A DNA stretch of 64,000 bases from NCBI GenBank assembly GCA_951406725.2, contig OX597821.1, forward strand, positions 14,198,001 to 14,262,000, given 5' to 3'. The position numbers and the translations under genes are program-made. Shown in pieces: positions 1 to 12,510 of this stretch. Under the pieces are notes generated by a model. The model made no database searches and had not been told where the DNA came from. It saw nothing but the letters and a program-made list of their open reading frames with translations. The stretch comes from Octopus vulgaris (taxonomy: Eukaryota). How positions within the stretch are numbered: position 1 is the stretch's first letter; each line of letters begins with the position of its first letter.

Positions 1-340
1 TCCACAAAAATATACATAGAAAGTACATCACCTAGGGGTAAGGGCATTGTGCTCACAACTGCAAGATTGTAGCCTTGAAATCCAGACTGATGGTGTGCTA
101 TGTTCTTGAGTAAACCCATCATATTATGCTGCCCCAGCTCACTCAGTTACTCTGTGATAGATTGACATTCTGTTGACTGGGTAATGTCATAGTTTTGATC
201 ATTTATGTACAAGAGACCTGCTTGCCTAGCAAGCAAGGGGGCATTATTCAAAAGCTACAACAATGCAAGTAAGAGTATTGTGACCAGCAGTGTATAATGA
301 CATTTGATAGTCTGGTTGATAGTAATATATATATATATAT

Positions 341-490
341 TGACGAGTTTCGTTTTTTTCACTTTCCTGAGGAGAAGATTGCATTGTTTATACCATTTAT
401 TCTTTTGAATAGTATCAGTGGAATTTTCGAAACATGTGTCGAAAGTAAAAATATTTGATTACACCTGCGTTAAACTCCATTTATTTATTC
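341..490 (+). mobile_element. 3' terminal (pseudo-LTR) fragment of a Penelope-like element inserted in (TA)n
   Basis: Homologous to 46336-46480 (tgacgagtttc...ctgaNgagaagatt...cgaaacatgtgtc...aactccattt), which follows a PLE endonuclease; flanked by (TA)n on both sides. Confidence 0.7.
361..446 (+). ncRNA. Type I hammerhead ribozyme, PLE-type minimal stem III
   Basis: Stem I ACTTTC(361-366)/GAAAGT(441-446); core CTGAGGA(367-373); stem II GAAGATT(374-380)/AATTTTC(422-428); GAAAC(429-433); palindromic ACATGT stem III; GTC cleavage triplet at 438-440. Confidence 0.8.
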
Positions 491-611
491 ATATATATAT
501 ATATATATTGAGATCCCCTTTGGTCATGACTGACAATGCAAGTAAGAGCATTGTGACCAGCAGTGTATAATGACATTTGATAGTCTGGTTGATAGTAATA
601 TATATATATAT

Positions 612-875
612 TGAGACCACCTTCAGTCATGACTGACTGTGGGATTGCACCTAGAAAGTTACCCTCCCAGGCACAAGTCCGGGTAAGGTTGCTTATGGAA
701 GACCAGCAGTCGCCCATGCATACTGGCCTCCCCTCTCCATGCCACCAGTGTTATCCAAGGGAAAGGCAACAGCAGATACAGCTTGGCACCTGTGACGTCC
801 CAACTCATTTCTACAGCTGAGTGAACAGGAGCAACGTGAAATAAAGTGTCTTACTCAAGAACATAACATGCAGCC
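612..875 (-). mobile_element. tRNA-derived SINE family D, truncated
   Basis: Shares gggattgcacctagaaagttaccctcccaggcacaagtcc...cagctgagtgaac...gaaataaagtgtcttgctcaagaaca with the copies at 33965-34290 and 43955-44295. Confidence 0.75.
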
Positions 876-1279
876 CTAAATATATTTGTATATTCCAAAA
901 CAACATTGGACTATATTTTTTTTTATGTTCATTGACATAATAAGAAGTAGTTATCATGTTTTAAGGGGTGGAAATTTTAAGGGTATCCCAATTGACAGCT
1001 GATGAGGAAAATTCCCTTGTTATGTAAATGTGTTTCCTTTGTCTCTACTAGTTATTCTGTTTGATTTGTTTAATGTACCCTGGATAGAGCTAGTTCTTTG
1101 ACAAAGACAATGGGTATTGTATGAATAAGAGGGTTTGTCATCAGATTTTATATAAGCATGATAATGTTTTTCTAAATACATATACTTTATCATTCGCATA
1201 ACATCTCTATATGGCAAATAAAATACAAACGCACATATAAATCTATGTATGTATGTGTGTGTATACACATACATACATA

Positions 1280-1321
<42 letters not shown>

Positions 1322-1326
<5 letters not shown>

Positions 1327-3209
1327 TATTATAAAAGGCAGATTTTATCTGCCTCCCTTTGGGAGTTATACAAATCTACAATAAAGGATTTCTTCAATTA
1401 CAATTTACCTGGCATTTTTAAGAGTACAATGCATCGCGTCATCCAGGTCCAGTTTTAAAATTTAAACTCCAATTAAGCAAATTTACAGAAAACTCACATT
1501 CTGTGTGTGTGTCAAATGTTTTTCTTAATGTGGTTTCACCACACGCAAACGCACACACACAAAGGGAGCGAATTGTTTCACTGACGCTATCACCTTCTCC
1601 TCCTTTGTCTTTGCAAGTTGGCAGCTATTAAAGTGAAAACAGTGAATCCGACAGCGATTAAGAACACGAATTAGCACCTGAATGGAGTATTTAAAAACTG
1701 TTTCTTTCGGTGATTTTTCTGAAGAAACTGCACCAAGCCACAGACTTTCCCAGAAGAGTATTACAGCAGAAACGAAACGTTACGCTAAACGTAAACAAAA
1801 CGAAAGAAACGATAGTTTGTTATTTCCCACAACCTTAATAAATTAAGGCCTATTTTGCCATAAATATTATTATGGGTATCAGAAAGTTACCCAGAATAAC
1901 AAATTCTATCGTAAAATTTTGTTGTATACCCAATTGAATATTAGCTAATAACCCATTTTCTATAGCGATGTTTGAACAAAATTTTTATAATTTTACAGAA
2001 AGTTACCCAGAATAACAAATTCTATCGTAAAATTTTGTTGTATACCCAATTGAATATTAGCTAATAACCCATTTTCTATAGCGATGTTTGAACAAAATTT
2101 TTATAATTTTACAGAAAGTTACCCAGAATAACAAATTCTATCGTAAAATTTTGTTGTATACCCAATTGAATATATAACCCATTTTCTATAGCGATGTTTG
2201 AACAAAATTTTTATAATTTTACAGAAAGTTACCCAGAATAACAAATTCTATTGTAAAATTTTGTTGTATACCCAATTGAATATTAGCTAATAACCCATTT
2301 TTATAGCGATGTTTGAGCAAAATTTTTATAATTTTACAGAAAGTTACCCAGAATAACAAATTCTATCGTAAAATTTTGTTGTATACCCAATTGAATATTA
2401 ACTAATAACCCATTTTCTATAGCGATGTTTGAACAAAATTTTAATAATTTTACAGAAAGTTACCCAGAATAACAAATTCTATCGTAAAATTTTGTTGTAT
2501 ACCCAATTGAATATTAGCTAATAACCCATTTTCTATAGCGATGTTTGAACAAAATTTTAATAATTTTACAGAAAGTTACCAGAATAACAAATTCTATCGT
2601 AAAATTTTGTTGTATACCCAATTGAATATTAGCAATAACCCATTTTCTATAGCGATGTTTGAGCAAAATTTTAGTAATTTTACAGAAAGTTACCCAGAAT
2701 AACAAATTTATCGTAAAATTTTGTTGTATACCCAATTGAATATTAGCTAATAACCCATTTTCTATAGCGATGTTTGAACAAAATTTTAATAATTTTACAG
2801 AAAGTTACCCAAAATAACAAATTCTATCGTAAAATTTTGTTGTATACCCAATTGAATATTAGCTAATAACCCATTTTCTATAGCGATGTTTGAACAAAAT
2901 TTTAATAATTTTACAGAAAGTTACCCAGAATAACAAACGAGCCCTTCTGGGTATTAGCGCGCGTCTACGATGAGTCTACGATTTAAAAAAATTACCATCA
3001 TATTTTTCCATTTTAATGCATGTTTTTCGCTTTTATATAAGGAAGTAACTCTCTAAAAATATCTACGATGTGTCAACGATTTAAAGAAAAATTTACCTTC
3101 ATTTTTTCAATTTTTAATGCATTTTTTGCTATTTTTTGGCTATAACTCTCTAAAAATGCTTATATAGTTATTTCCTTACAACCCGAGCAACGCCGGGCGA
3201 TACTGCTAG
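1322..3209 (+). mobile_element. Non-autonomous Helitron
   Basis: 5' end A|TCTCTTATTATAAAA; 3' end has the GC hairpin CCCGAGCAACGCCGGG (3182-3197) about 8 nt before CTAG|T (3206-3209). Inserted between A and T within (TA)n, with no coding capacity. Confidence 0.85.
1881..2937. repeat. Tandem array of ~116-bp units (9 full plus a partial) inside the Helitron
   Basis: The unit start agaaagttacc recurs at 1881, 1997, 2113, 2223, 2338, 2454, 2570, 2684, 2799 and 2915; units are nearly identical. Confidence 0.95.
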
Positions 3210-3349
<140 letters not shown>

Positions 3350-3514
3350 GTTAGGGTGTTCTTCAGAAAGTAATAGTGTTTTTCACCACGATGAAATATG
3401 AATCAACCAATCACGTCAGAGCCAAGGTCAAATGGATGGGAACTGTCTAGAAATAGAACATCATCTCTTCTATCTGGCAGTGTGTCATTCATAGTTATTT
3501 TGGTAATTAAACCC

Positions 3515-4930
3515 ATGGAGGATAAGAACTTTATGAAACAACATATTTGCCATTGTTTACTGTATGAGTTTAGAAAGAAAAGTATCACAACAGAAGCAAT
3601 GGAAAACATTTGTGAAGTGTATCCGGATGCAGTGAAATCTTGTATGTGTCAGCTGTGGTTTAAAAGGTTAAAGATGGCAGTTGAGACACATCCAACAAAC
3701 CTCGCTCTGGAAGATGACCCACTCTGAATGATGACATTTTGATTGAACCTATTGTATCATATCCACGTCAATGCACCAGAGATTTGGCGTAAAAATTTAA
3801 TGCGTCATGTTCAACTAGCGCAGGAGTGGCTGTGTGGTAAGTAGCTTGTTTACCAACCGCATGGTTCCGGGTTCAGTCCTACTGCGTGGCACCTTGGGAG
3901 AGTGTCTTCTACTATAGCCTCGGGCCGACCAAAGCCTTGTTAGTGGATTTGGTAGACGGAAACTGAAAGAAGCCTGTCGTATATATGTATATATATGTAT
4001 ATGTATGTGTGTGTTTGTGTGTCTGTGTTTGTCCCCGTAGCATTGCTTGACAACTGATGCTGGTGTGTTTACGTCCCCGTTACCTAGCGGTTCAGCAAAA
4101 GAGACCGATAGAATAAGTACTGAGCTTACAAAGAATAAGTCCCGGGGTTGATTTGCTCGACTAAAGGCAGTGCTCCAGCATGGCCGCAGTCAAATGACTG
4201 AAACAAGTAAAAGAGAAAAAGAGAGAGTACCAACAAACATCTCAAGCAAATTGGATAAACATGCAAAGAAGGAATTTGGATTCCACATGAGCGTACACTG
4301 GAGAATTGCAGCAGTCTTCTAACCAGGATAAACAACCTACCATTTCTGCAGTGCATTGCTACAGGTGATGAAAAATGGGTTTTACATCACAACAGAAAAT
4401 GAAAAGGACAATGGTTATCATGTAATGAGAGGCCAGGGCTAAAACCAAAACCATCCATGAAAATCCTTGCTCTGTGTTTGATGAAATATGAAAGCTATCT
4501 TCTATTATGAGCTACTGGAACTTGGCAGGAGCATAAATGCAGATGTCTACTGCCAACAACTTGATCTTGTAAATGAAAATTTACATCAGAAGTGGCCAGT
4601 TTTGTTAAACAGGAAAGGTGTTATTCTCCAGCATCACAATGCATGGCCGCACTCTTCAAAACAAACCCAAGAAAATGTAAGACTGTTAGGATGGGAAGTT
4701 CTTCCACATCCTCCATACTCACCTGACTTAGGATATACAGATTTCCAAGTGTTCTGATCTCTAGAACATTTTGTAAGAAGCAAAACACTCAGAAACAGGG
4801 GGAGGAAGTTGAAAACAATCTTTCAGACATTTTTTTTCAGAAAAAGAAATAGATTTCTTTGAAAGTGGCATAAAAAAGTTACTTTCCCGTTGGGGTGGAG
4901 TTATTGGAAACAACGCTGATTACATTCTTG
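3515..4930 (+). pseudogene. Mariner transposase pseudogene
   Basis: Motifs HICHCLLYEF, WIPHE (canonical WVPHEL), TGDEKW, HHNAWPH (HDNARPH) and LPHPPYSPDL; contains stops, frameshifts and a SINE insertion. Confidence 0.9.
3818..4227 (+). mobile_element. tRNA-derived CORE-like SINE family A, inserted in the mariner
   Basis: gcgcaggagtggctgtgtggtaag (A box), ggttcagtcc (B box), accttggg-aagtgtc core, internal TA/TG tract and aagtaaaagag tail. Confidence 0.9.
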
Positions 4931-5028
4931 ATTTAAACTATTCAAATAAATATAGTTTACATTCGTTTTTAAAGCCTTTCTGGTAAAACACAATTACTTT
5001 CCAAACATCCTAATATATACATATATAT

Positions 5029-5414
5029 GGGATGGAAGCACTCCGTCGGTTATGACGACGAGGGTTCCGGTTGATCCAAATCAACGGAACAACCTGCTTG
5101 TGAAATTAACGTGTAAGTGGCTGAGCACTCCACAGACACGTGTACCCTTAACGTAGTTCTCGGGGATATTCAGCATGACACAGAGAGTGACAAGGCCGGC
5201 CCTTTGAAATACAGGTACAACAGAAACAGGAATTAAGAGTGAGAGAAAGTTGTGGTGAAAGAGTACAGCAGGGATCACCACCATCCCCTGCCGGAGCCTC
5301 GTGGAGCTTTAGGTGTTTTCGCTCAATAAACACTCACAACGGCCGGTCCGGGAATCGAAACCGCGATCCTAGGACGGCGAGTCCGCTGCCCTAACCACTG
5401 GGCCATTGCGCCTC

Positions 5415-5415
<1 letters not shown>
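5029..5415 (-). mobile_element. tRNA-derived SINE family B
   Basis: Minus strand starts GGAGGCGCAATGGCCCAGTGGTTAGG (A box) followed by GGTTTCGATTCC (B box); near-identical copy at 59925-60310. Confidence 0.9.
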
Positions 5416-5471
<56 letters not shown>

Positions 5472-5477
5472 CATACA

Positions 5478-5541
<64 letters not shown>

Positions 5542-6263
5542 CTCATACATTCAAATAGAAATGAAAACTTGACAGTTGTTGAATAATCAAACAGATAAGA
5601 ATACGATAATAAAGATATGAATAAATCCTGCATTTTTTTCTAATGAAAAAGAAAATAGTTTCTGAGTGAATATAAAAACTGTTCTAACAAACCGTTCCTG
5701 TCATTTTTTTCTTTTCATTTTATTTTGTTGCTTTATGTTTTGCTTTAACCTTTTGGGCCAAGTAAGAAGTTAGTGTTAGTAACCTTTTACGGGGCATCTA
5801 AGATTGGTTAGAAGGAGGAGAGAGGTAGGTATCTTTAAAACAAAAACCTGGCTCAAATGCTTCCAGCAGAGTGGATACCCAAGATGTCATGTGGAAGTGT
5901 CAAAACAAAGTAATGGATTACATCTGACGTCCAGCTTGGCCACCTCAAGATTTGAACTCAGTTCACAAGAAGTCAGAACAAATCTGGCAATACAACTGGT
6001 CTGATGTTGTTACAGTTCCATTAATCTACTGATCAGGATTGACATATTGTTATTAACTTCACAAGAGTGAAATGCAAAGATGGTCTCAACATTATTTGAA
6101 CTCAGGGTGCAGAGAATCAGGGCAAATACTGCTCTAATGACTTTAATGACTCTCTTAATGAACTACTTTGTTAATTAATTACAAGTGAAATTATGATCCA
6201 GTTGCTGGTTCATTAAGTATCATACATGAAAGTAACTGAAGTTTTGTCCAAATTTTGATTATA

Positions 6264-6680
6264 GGCGTAGGAGTGGCTGTGTGGTAAGTAGTTTGCTTAT
6301 GAATCACATGGTTCCGGGTTCAGTCCCACTGCGTGGCACCTTGGGCAAGTGTCTTCTGCTATAGCCTTGGGCCAACCAAAGCCTTGTGAGTGGATTTGGT
6401 AGACGGAAACTCAAAGAAGCCTGTTGTATATATGTACATATGTGTGTGTGTGTGTGTGTATATGTTTGTTTGTCTGTGTTTGTCCCAAACATATACACAC
6501 ACATACATATACATATATATACGATGGACTTCTTTCTGTTTCCATCAACCAAATCCACTCACAAGGCTTTGGTCGGCCCGAGGCTATAGCGGAAGGCACT
6601 TGCCCAAAGTGCCACACAGGGGGACTGAACCCGGAACCATGTGGTTGGTAAGCAAGCTACTTACCACACAGCCACTCCTA
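6264..6680. mobile_element. Two 5' halves of SINE family A in inverted orientation
   Basis: Plus-strand copy 6264 to ~6485 followed by a minus-strand copy ~6500-6680, joined at the internal microsatellite. Confidence 0.9.
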
Positions 6681-6699
6681 TGCATACATCTTTTGCTTT

Positions 6700-7077
6700 T
6701 GCTTTTACTTATCTCAGTAATGTGACTTTGGTCATACTAAACCACTTCATCGAAGGATTTTAGTCAAACAAATTAACCTTAGGATTTATTTTTTATGCCT
6801 AATACTTATTCTATTGGTCCCTTTTGCTGGACTGCAAAGTTACAGGGAGATTAACACACCAACACCGGTTATCAAACAGTGATGGGGGACAAATACTGAC
6901 ACTAAGACACAACGCATAGATATAATCCAATATATATATATGACAAGCTTTTTTCAGTTTTTGCTGGCCAAATCCACTGACAAATCTTTGGTTCACCTGA
7001 GGCTACAATAGAAGACACTTGCCCAAGTGTCATGCAGAGGGACTGAACCTGGAACCATATGATTGGGAAACAAGCTT
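6700..7077 (-). mobile_element. Degenerate SINE family A
   Basis: Diverged matches such as gaagacacttgcccaag...ggactgaacctggaacc. Confidence 0.7.
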
Positions 7078-8200
7078 CAGTCTTTTTATATTTAAAGAAA
7101 GAGAAAAAAAAAAATCGATATTTTTAAAAACCTTAATAGATTAGTCAAGATTTTACTTACTCAATTCTTTATATGGCATTTTAAGATAATCTGGAAATAT
7201 TCCAAAAAACTAACAATTTTGTTTTCATGGAATCATGTAATTTTAATTCATAATGAATTGATAATGATTGATATTGAATAACTATAATAATTGCAGTCTT
7301 TTTCAAAATGCAAAATAATGATTTTTTTAATCAAGCATGAAGTTTCAGAATTACAAGGGAAGATAACTGACCAAGTGTCTTTCCTAAGAATACTGATGCA
7401 GTAATTGAATCAGTTTGGTAGAAAACAGATTCCTTAATCAGGTATGAAACTTTAAGCATGATCAGAAAATTTTAAATGTTACTATTATTTTTAAATTATT
7501 TTATTCTTTACACATATGCAATTAAATTTCCATACACATTATTAACTTTAATGAAATAAAATATTTGATTGTATTTTAAAACAAATGTATACCTGAGATA
7601 GAAATTAAAGTTGACAATAGCCTATTGTAGTTACCTTCTATTGCCATTCTATAGGCTTGCAATAATTTGTTACATTTTTTTGGAAACTACAGGATGAAAT
7701 TTATTCCCTTTCACACAGAGACCAGTAATATTAAACTTTCTGGAACAGAATAGTGTTGAGTTAAATTAAATGTGAAATATTAATTGGAATAATATCAAAC
7801 TTCATTCTTAGTATTTTATATATTTAGTATATTAATATTGAGATTATTGTTTTATAGCAATTTAATGAAACTATTTCTTTGATATTGTTATTATAATTAT
7901 GTTATGAAATAAAGTTCATAAATTACTCTTCAAAGTCATTAGCACTATTCATTATTTGAATTGATAAGGAGTATGAGAAACTAATATCATTCTAAATTAC
8001 TTGTTTCTCACAGCAATCAAATAGATCAGAAATAAATGAGAATTAATTGATGCATTACAAAAATGAGAATTCACAATAAAAAAAAAACATATCCAAGATA
8101 TTTGAAAAGGGAATAATTAAAGATCTTTCTTTACGCTTAATCTAATTCAAGGTTATATTTTTACCAGCCAGTATCTCTTTTTAAGAATATTTGTTTTGGT

Positions 8201-8212
8201 TAATAATGATAA

Positions 8213-8243
<31 letters not shown>

Positions 8244-8256
8244 AATAATGATGATG

Positions 8257-8293
<37 letters not shown>

Positions 8294-8306
8294 TAATAAT
8301 AATAAT
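8201..8306. repeat. (TAA)n microsatellite
   Basis: Read directly from the sequence. Confidence 0.95.
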
Positions 8307-8866
8307 AGATGCCCTGATGCAGTACCAGGCAGTGCCTCTCGTAGCTTCTGATCTTAACTGATTGGAAGTGGTATCATGTACATTGTTTTGTCTTGGTATA
8401 AAAGATGGGTTTTATAGCAAATATTCTGCTCAATACCACAGATTTGCTTGTCAGTTGTTTGACCTTAACCAGTTGAGCATGTCCCTTAGTGGCTGACGAT
8501 ATGCGCATCTCTGATCACGAGCAGAAGTAGTGGGGGAGCATCATAGCCATGTGTTCGAGAAGGGTTCTTTCGGTTTGAATAATTCACCTCTGGAAACATG
8601 AGTGTGTCGCTCAACATCCTAAACAAACCTTATTCAGGGACATTTTGAGTGGGATGGGCTTCTCGACCAGAAGAAAATTCTAACTGGGCCCCACCTGCAA
8701 GGTCATGTGCTGTTTATCTTGATATGAGATCACCATGTCGCGCACATATGGTTGTGATACATGTGCCTGGTGTACCCTTATCAGACGGGTAGTCATGATG
8801 GGTATACTGGGCTTCGTATATTTTACCCCAGTGTCACTTTGATGGCATGCACTGCTCTCTCACTCA
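8307..8866. mobile_element. Probable ~560-bp non-coding interspersed element embedded in a (TAA/TGA)n tract
   Basis: Abrupt rise in GC and CpG content, bounded by (TAA)n on the left and aataatgatgatgat on the right; no ORF. Confidence 0.5.
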
Positions 8867-8884
8867 ATAATGATGATGATGATC

Positions 8885-10380
<1,496 letters not shown>

Positions 10381-11544
10381 TTATTAAGCTTCACAATAAA
10401 AATAATTTAACTTTCTATTTTATTTAAACTAATGTATCATGAAATAAGTTACAACAAATATTTATATTTTTCTTTTATTATTATTCTGTTGTATAGTAGT
10501 CAATAATCTTTCAGGTTAATTGTTCCAGTATAAACACCAACGAAAAAGAAATATCTAAGAGTAATTCTTGAGATATCATTTCATAGAATAAATCAAAAAA
10601 CCCCACTAAGTTAGAATAACTTTAAATAATTTCTTAGATTATACAATAAATAATCAAAATAATACATAATAATTTTATAGTGATGCTGTTATTAACTTAT
10701 TGAAAAGAAACCTGATAGAAATTTGCTAACATCAAAATTATATTAGATTATTTTTTTTAAGAAGTTAAATAATGCATAGTAATTAATCTTATTCAAAGTA
10801 TTTCAATTAATGTACAATATCTGAATGAATTTTAAAAGTTCATATCAAAAATGCTATATTTGTGTCTAGAGAAAAATTTTTTAATTCAAATCTAATATAG
10901 TTTAAATTGCAGTTAAAAATTCCTTAAACATAGTTAAAGCTAAAATTATTTGAAAGTTTGACAAACAAAAGAAAGAAATGCAACTAAGAAATGTATAATG
11001 TGAAAATGAGGGAAAAAAAAACAAAAACAGTAAATTTAGACTACTATAGTAGTCTTGTTAACCAGATGACATAGATGCATGTTTAGACCATATTAAAAAA
11101 AAATTCCATTCCAAAATGACAACAATCTCCAAAAATATGAAAGCAATCATAGAAGCCACAGATACTGTCCAAAAAAAAAAAAATGGAATTAATCACTCAA
11201 ACAACCTATGTCTTATTTCATTCCGAATTTTAACCTGGAAAGCAAAATCATCATAGCAAATTCCGAAATACCAAAAACATCATTGAACGAGAAGCAGATA
11301 GCAGAATATTATATGACTGGAGGGTGGGGGGTGCATAAACTGGTGTGACCAACACATAAGCAAGGAAAAAATTGAAGGCGGGCAATCAGTTTGTGACACA
11401 AAGATAGGTTTTAAAACAAATGTCAATACACAAACACTCATAAAACATAATTATATTTGTATACATTGCAATAATTATGCACTCACAGACATATATAAAT
11501 ATACATTGGCAAAACATTTTTTTCAATCATACACAACTGAGGAT

Positions 11545-11586
11545 ATTTATATGCATCTATATATATATACATATACATATATATAT

Positions 11587-11641
<55 letters not shown>

Positions 11642-11680
11642 CATACATACATATATATATATACATACATATATATATAT

Positions 11681-11717
<37 letters not shown>

Positions 11718-11791
11718 CATACATATATATATACATATATATATATATATGCATGTGTATACATTTGTGTGTGTGTGTATGTACATATGTG

Positions 11792-11831
<40 letters not shown>

Positions 11832-11850
11832 ACACATATATACACATGTA
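11545..11850. repeat. Compound TA/CA microsatellite
   Basis: Read directly from the sequence. Confidence 0.9.
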
Positions 11851-12099
11851 TATCATTTATTCTAAGTGGAGTTAGCATGTGTCAACAGAAGGAGTTTTAC
11901 ATTGTTGATCCTAAGGTGACTCAGAAGCATAAATAAGAAACTCTGTTTTTAAATACATGTAAAATTGTTTTCGAATAAATGCTATTCCACTTTACTTAAC
12001 AACCCTGAGTACTTTTTCATTGCATTGCAATTCCCACCAGTGTTAACTTATTCATACATACATACATCTCTCTCTTTCTCTCTCTTGCTCTGTATATAT

Positions 12100-12510
12100 A
12101 CTCTTTTTACTCTTTTACTTGTTTCAGTCATTTGACTGCGGCCATGCTGGAGCACCGCCTTTAGTCAAGCAAATCGACCCCAGGACTTATTCTTTGTAAG
12201 CCCAGTACTTATTCTATCGGTCTCTTTTGCCGAACCGCTAAGTGACGGGGACGTAACCACACCAGCATTGGTTGTCAAGCAATGCTACGGGGACAAACAC
12301 ACACACACAAACACATACACACACACTTATATATATATACATATATATGACAGGCTTCTTTCAGTTTCTGTCTACCAAATCCACTCACAAGGCATTGGTC
12401 GGCCCGGGGCTATAGCAGAAGACACTTGCCCAAGATGCCACGCAGTGGGACTGAACCCGGAACCATGTGGTTGGTAAGCAAGCTACTTACCACACAGCCA
12501 CTCCTGCGCC
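12100..12510 (-). mobile_element. SINE family A, full length
   Basis: ctcttttacttgtttcagtcatttgactgcggcc ... ccacacagccactcctgcgcc. Confidence 0.92.

Larger units (their letters stand above)
261..613. repeat. Local ~80-bp direct duplication (261-343 and 535-613) enclosing a hammerhead-bearing insert and a short SINE-end fragment
   Basis: caatgcaagtaagag(t/c)attgtgaccagcagtgtataatgacatttgatagtctggttgatagtaatatata...ttga occurs at 261 and again at 535 with about one substitution. Confidence 0.85.
3351..5013 (+). mobile_element. Decayed full-length mariner (Tc1/mariner) DNA transposon interrupted by a SINE
   Basis: Degenerate TIRs ttagggtgttcttcagaaagtaatagtgtttttcacca and tggtaaaacacaattactttccaaacatcctaa|ta; about 1.25 kb after removing the SINE; transposase motifs present. 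Confidence 0.9.

Noticed and set aside
991-1150. CTGATGAG at 999 as a hammerhead core
   Set aside because: No correctly placed stem II closure followed by GAAA and a NUH triplet downstream.
1881-2937. Regular repeat array as a CRISPR
   Set aside because: Units are contiguous and near-identical with no unique spacers, there are no cas genes, and the context is a eukaryotic Helitron.
5340-5415. tRNA-like sequence with A and B boxes as a tRNA gene (also other SINE heads)
   Set aside because: It continues directly into the SINE body, has no proper acceptor stem, and occurs in multiple copies.
12268-12477. Recurrent peptide ...QIHSQGIGRPGAIAEDTCPRCHAVGLNPEPCGW as a gene family
   Set aside because: It is the antisense translation of SINE family A.
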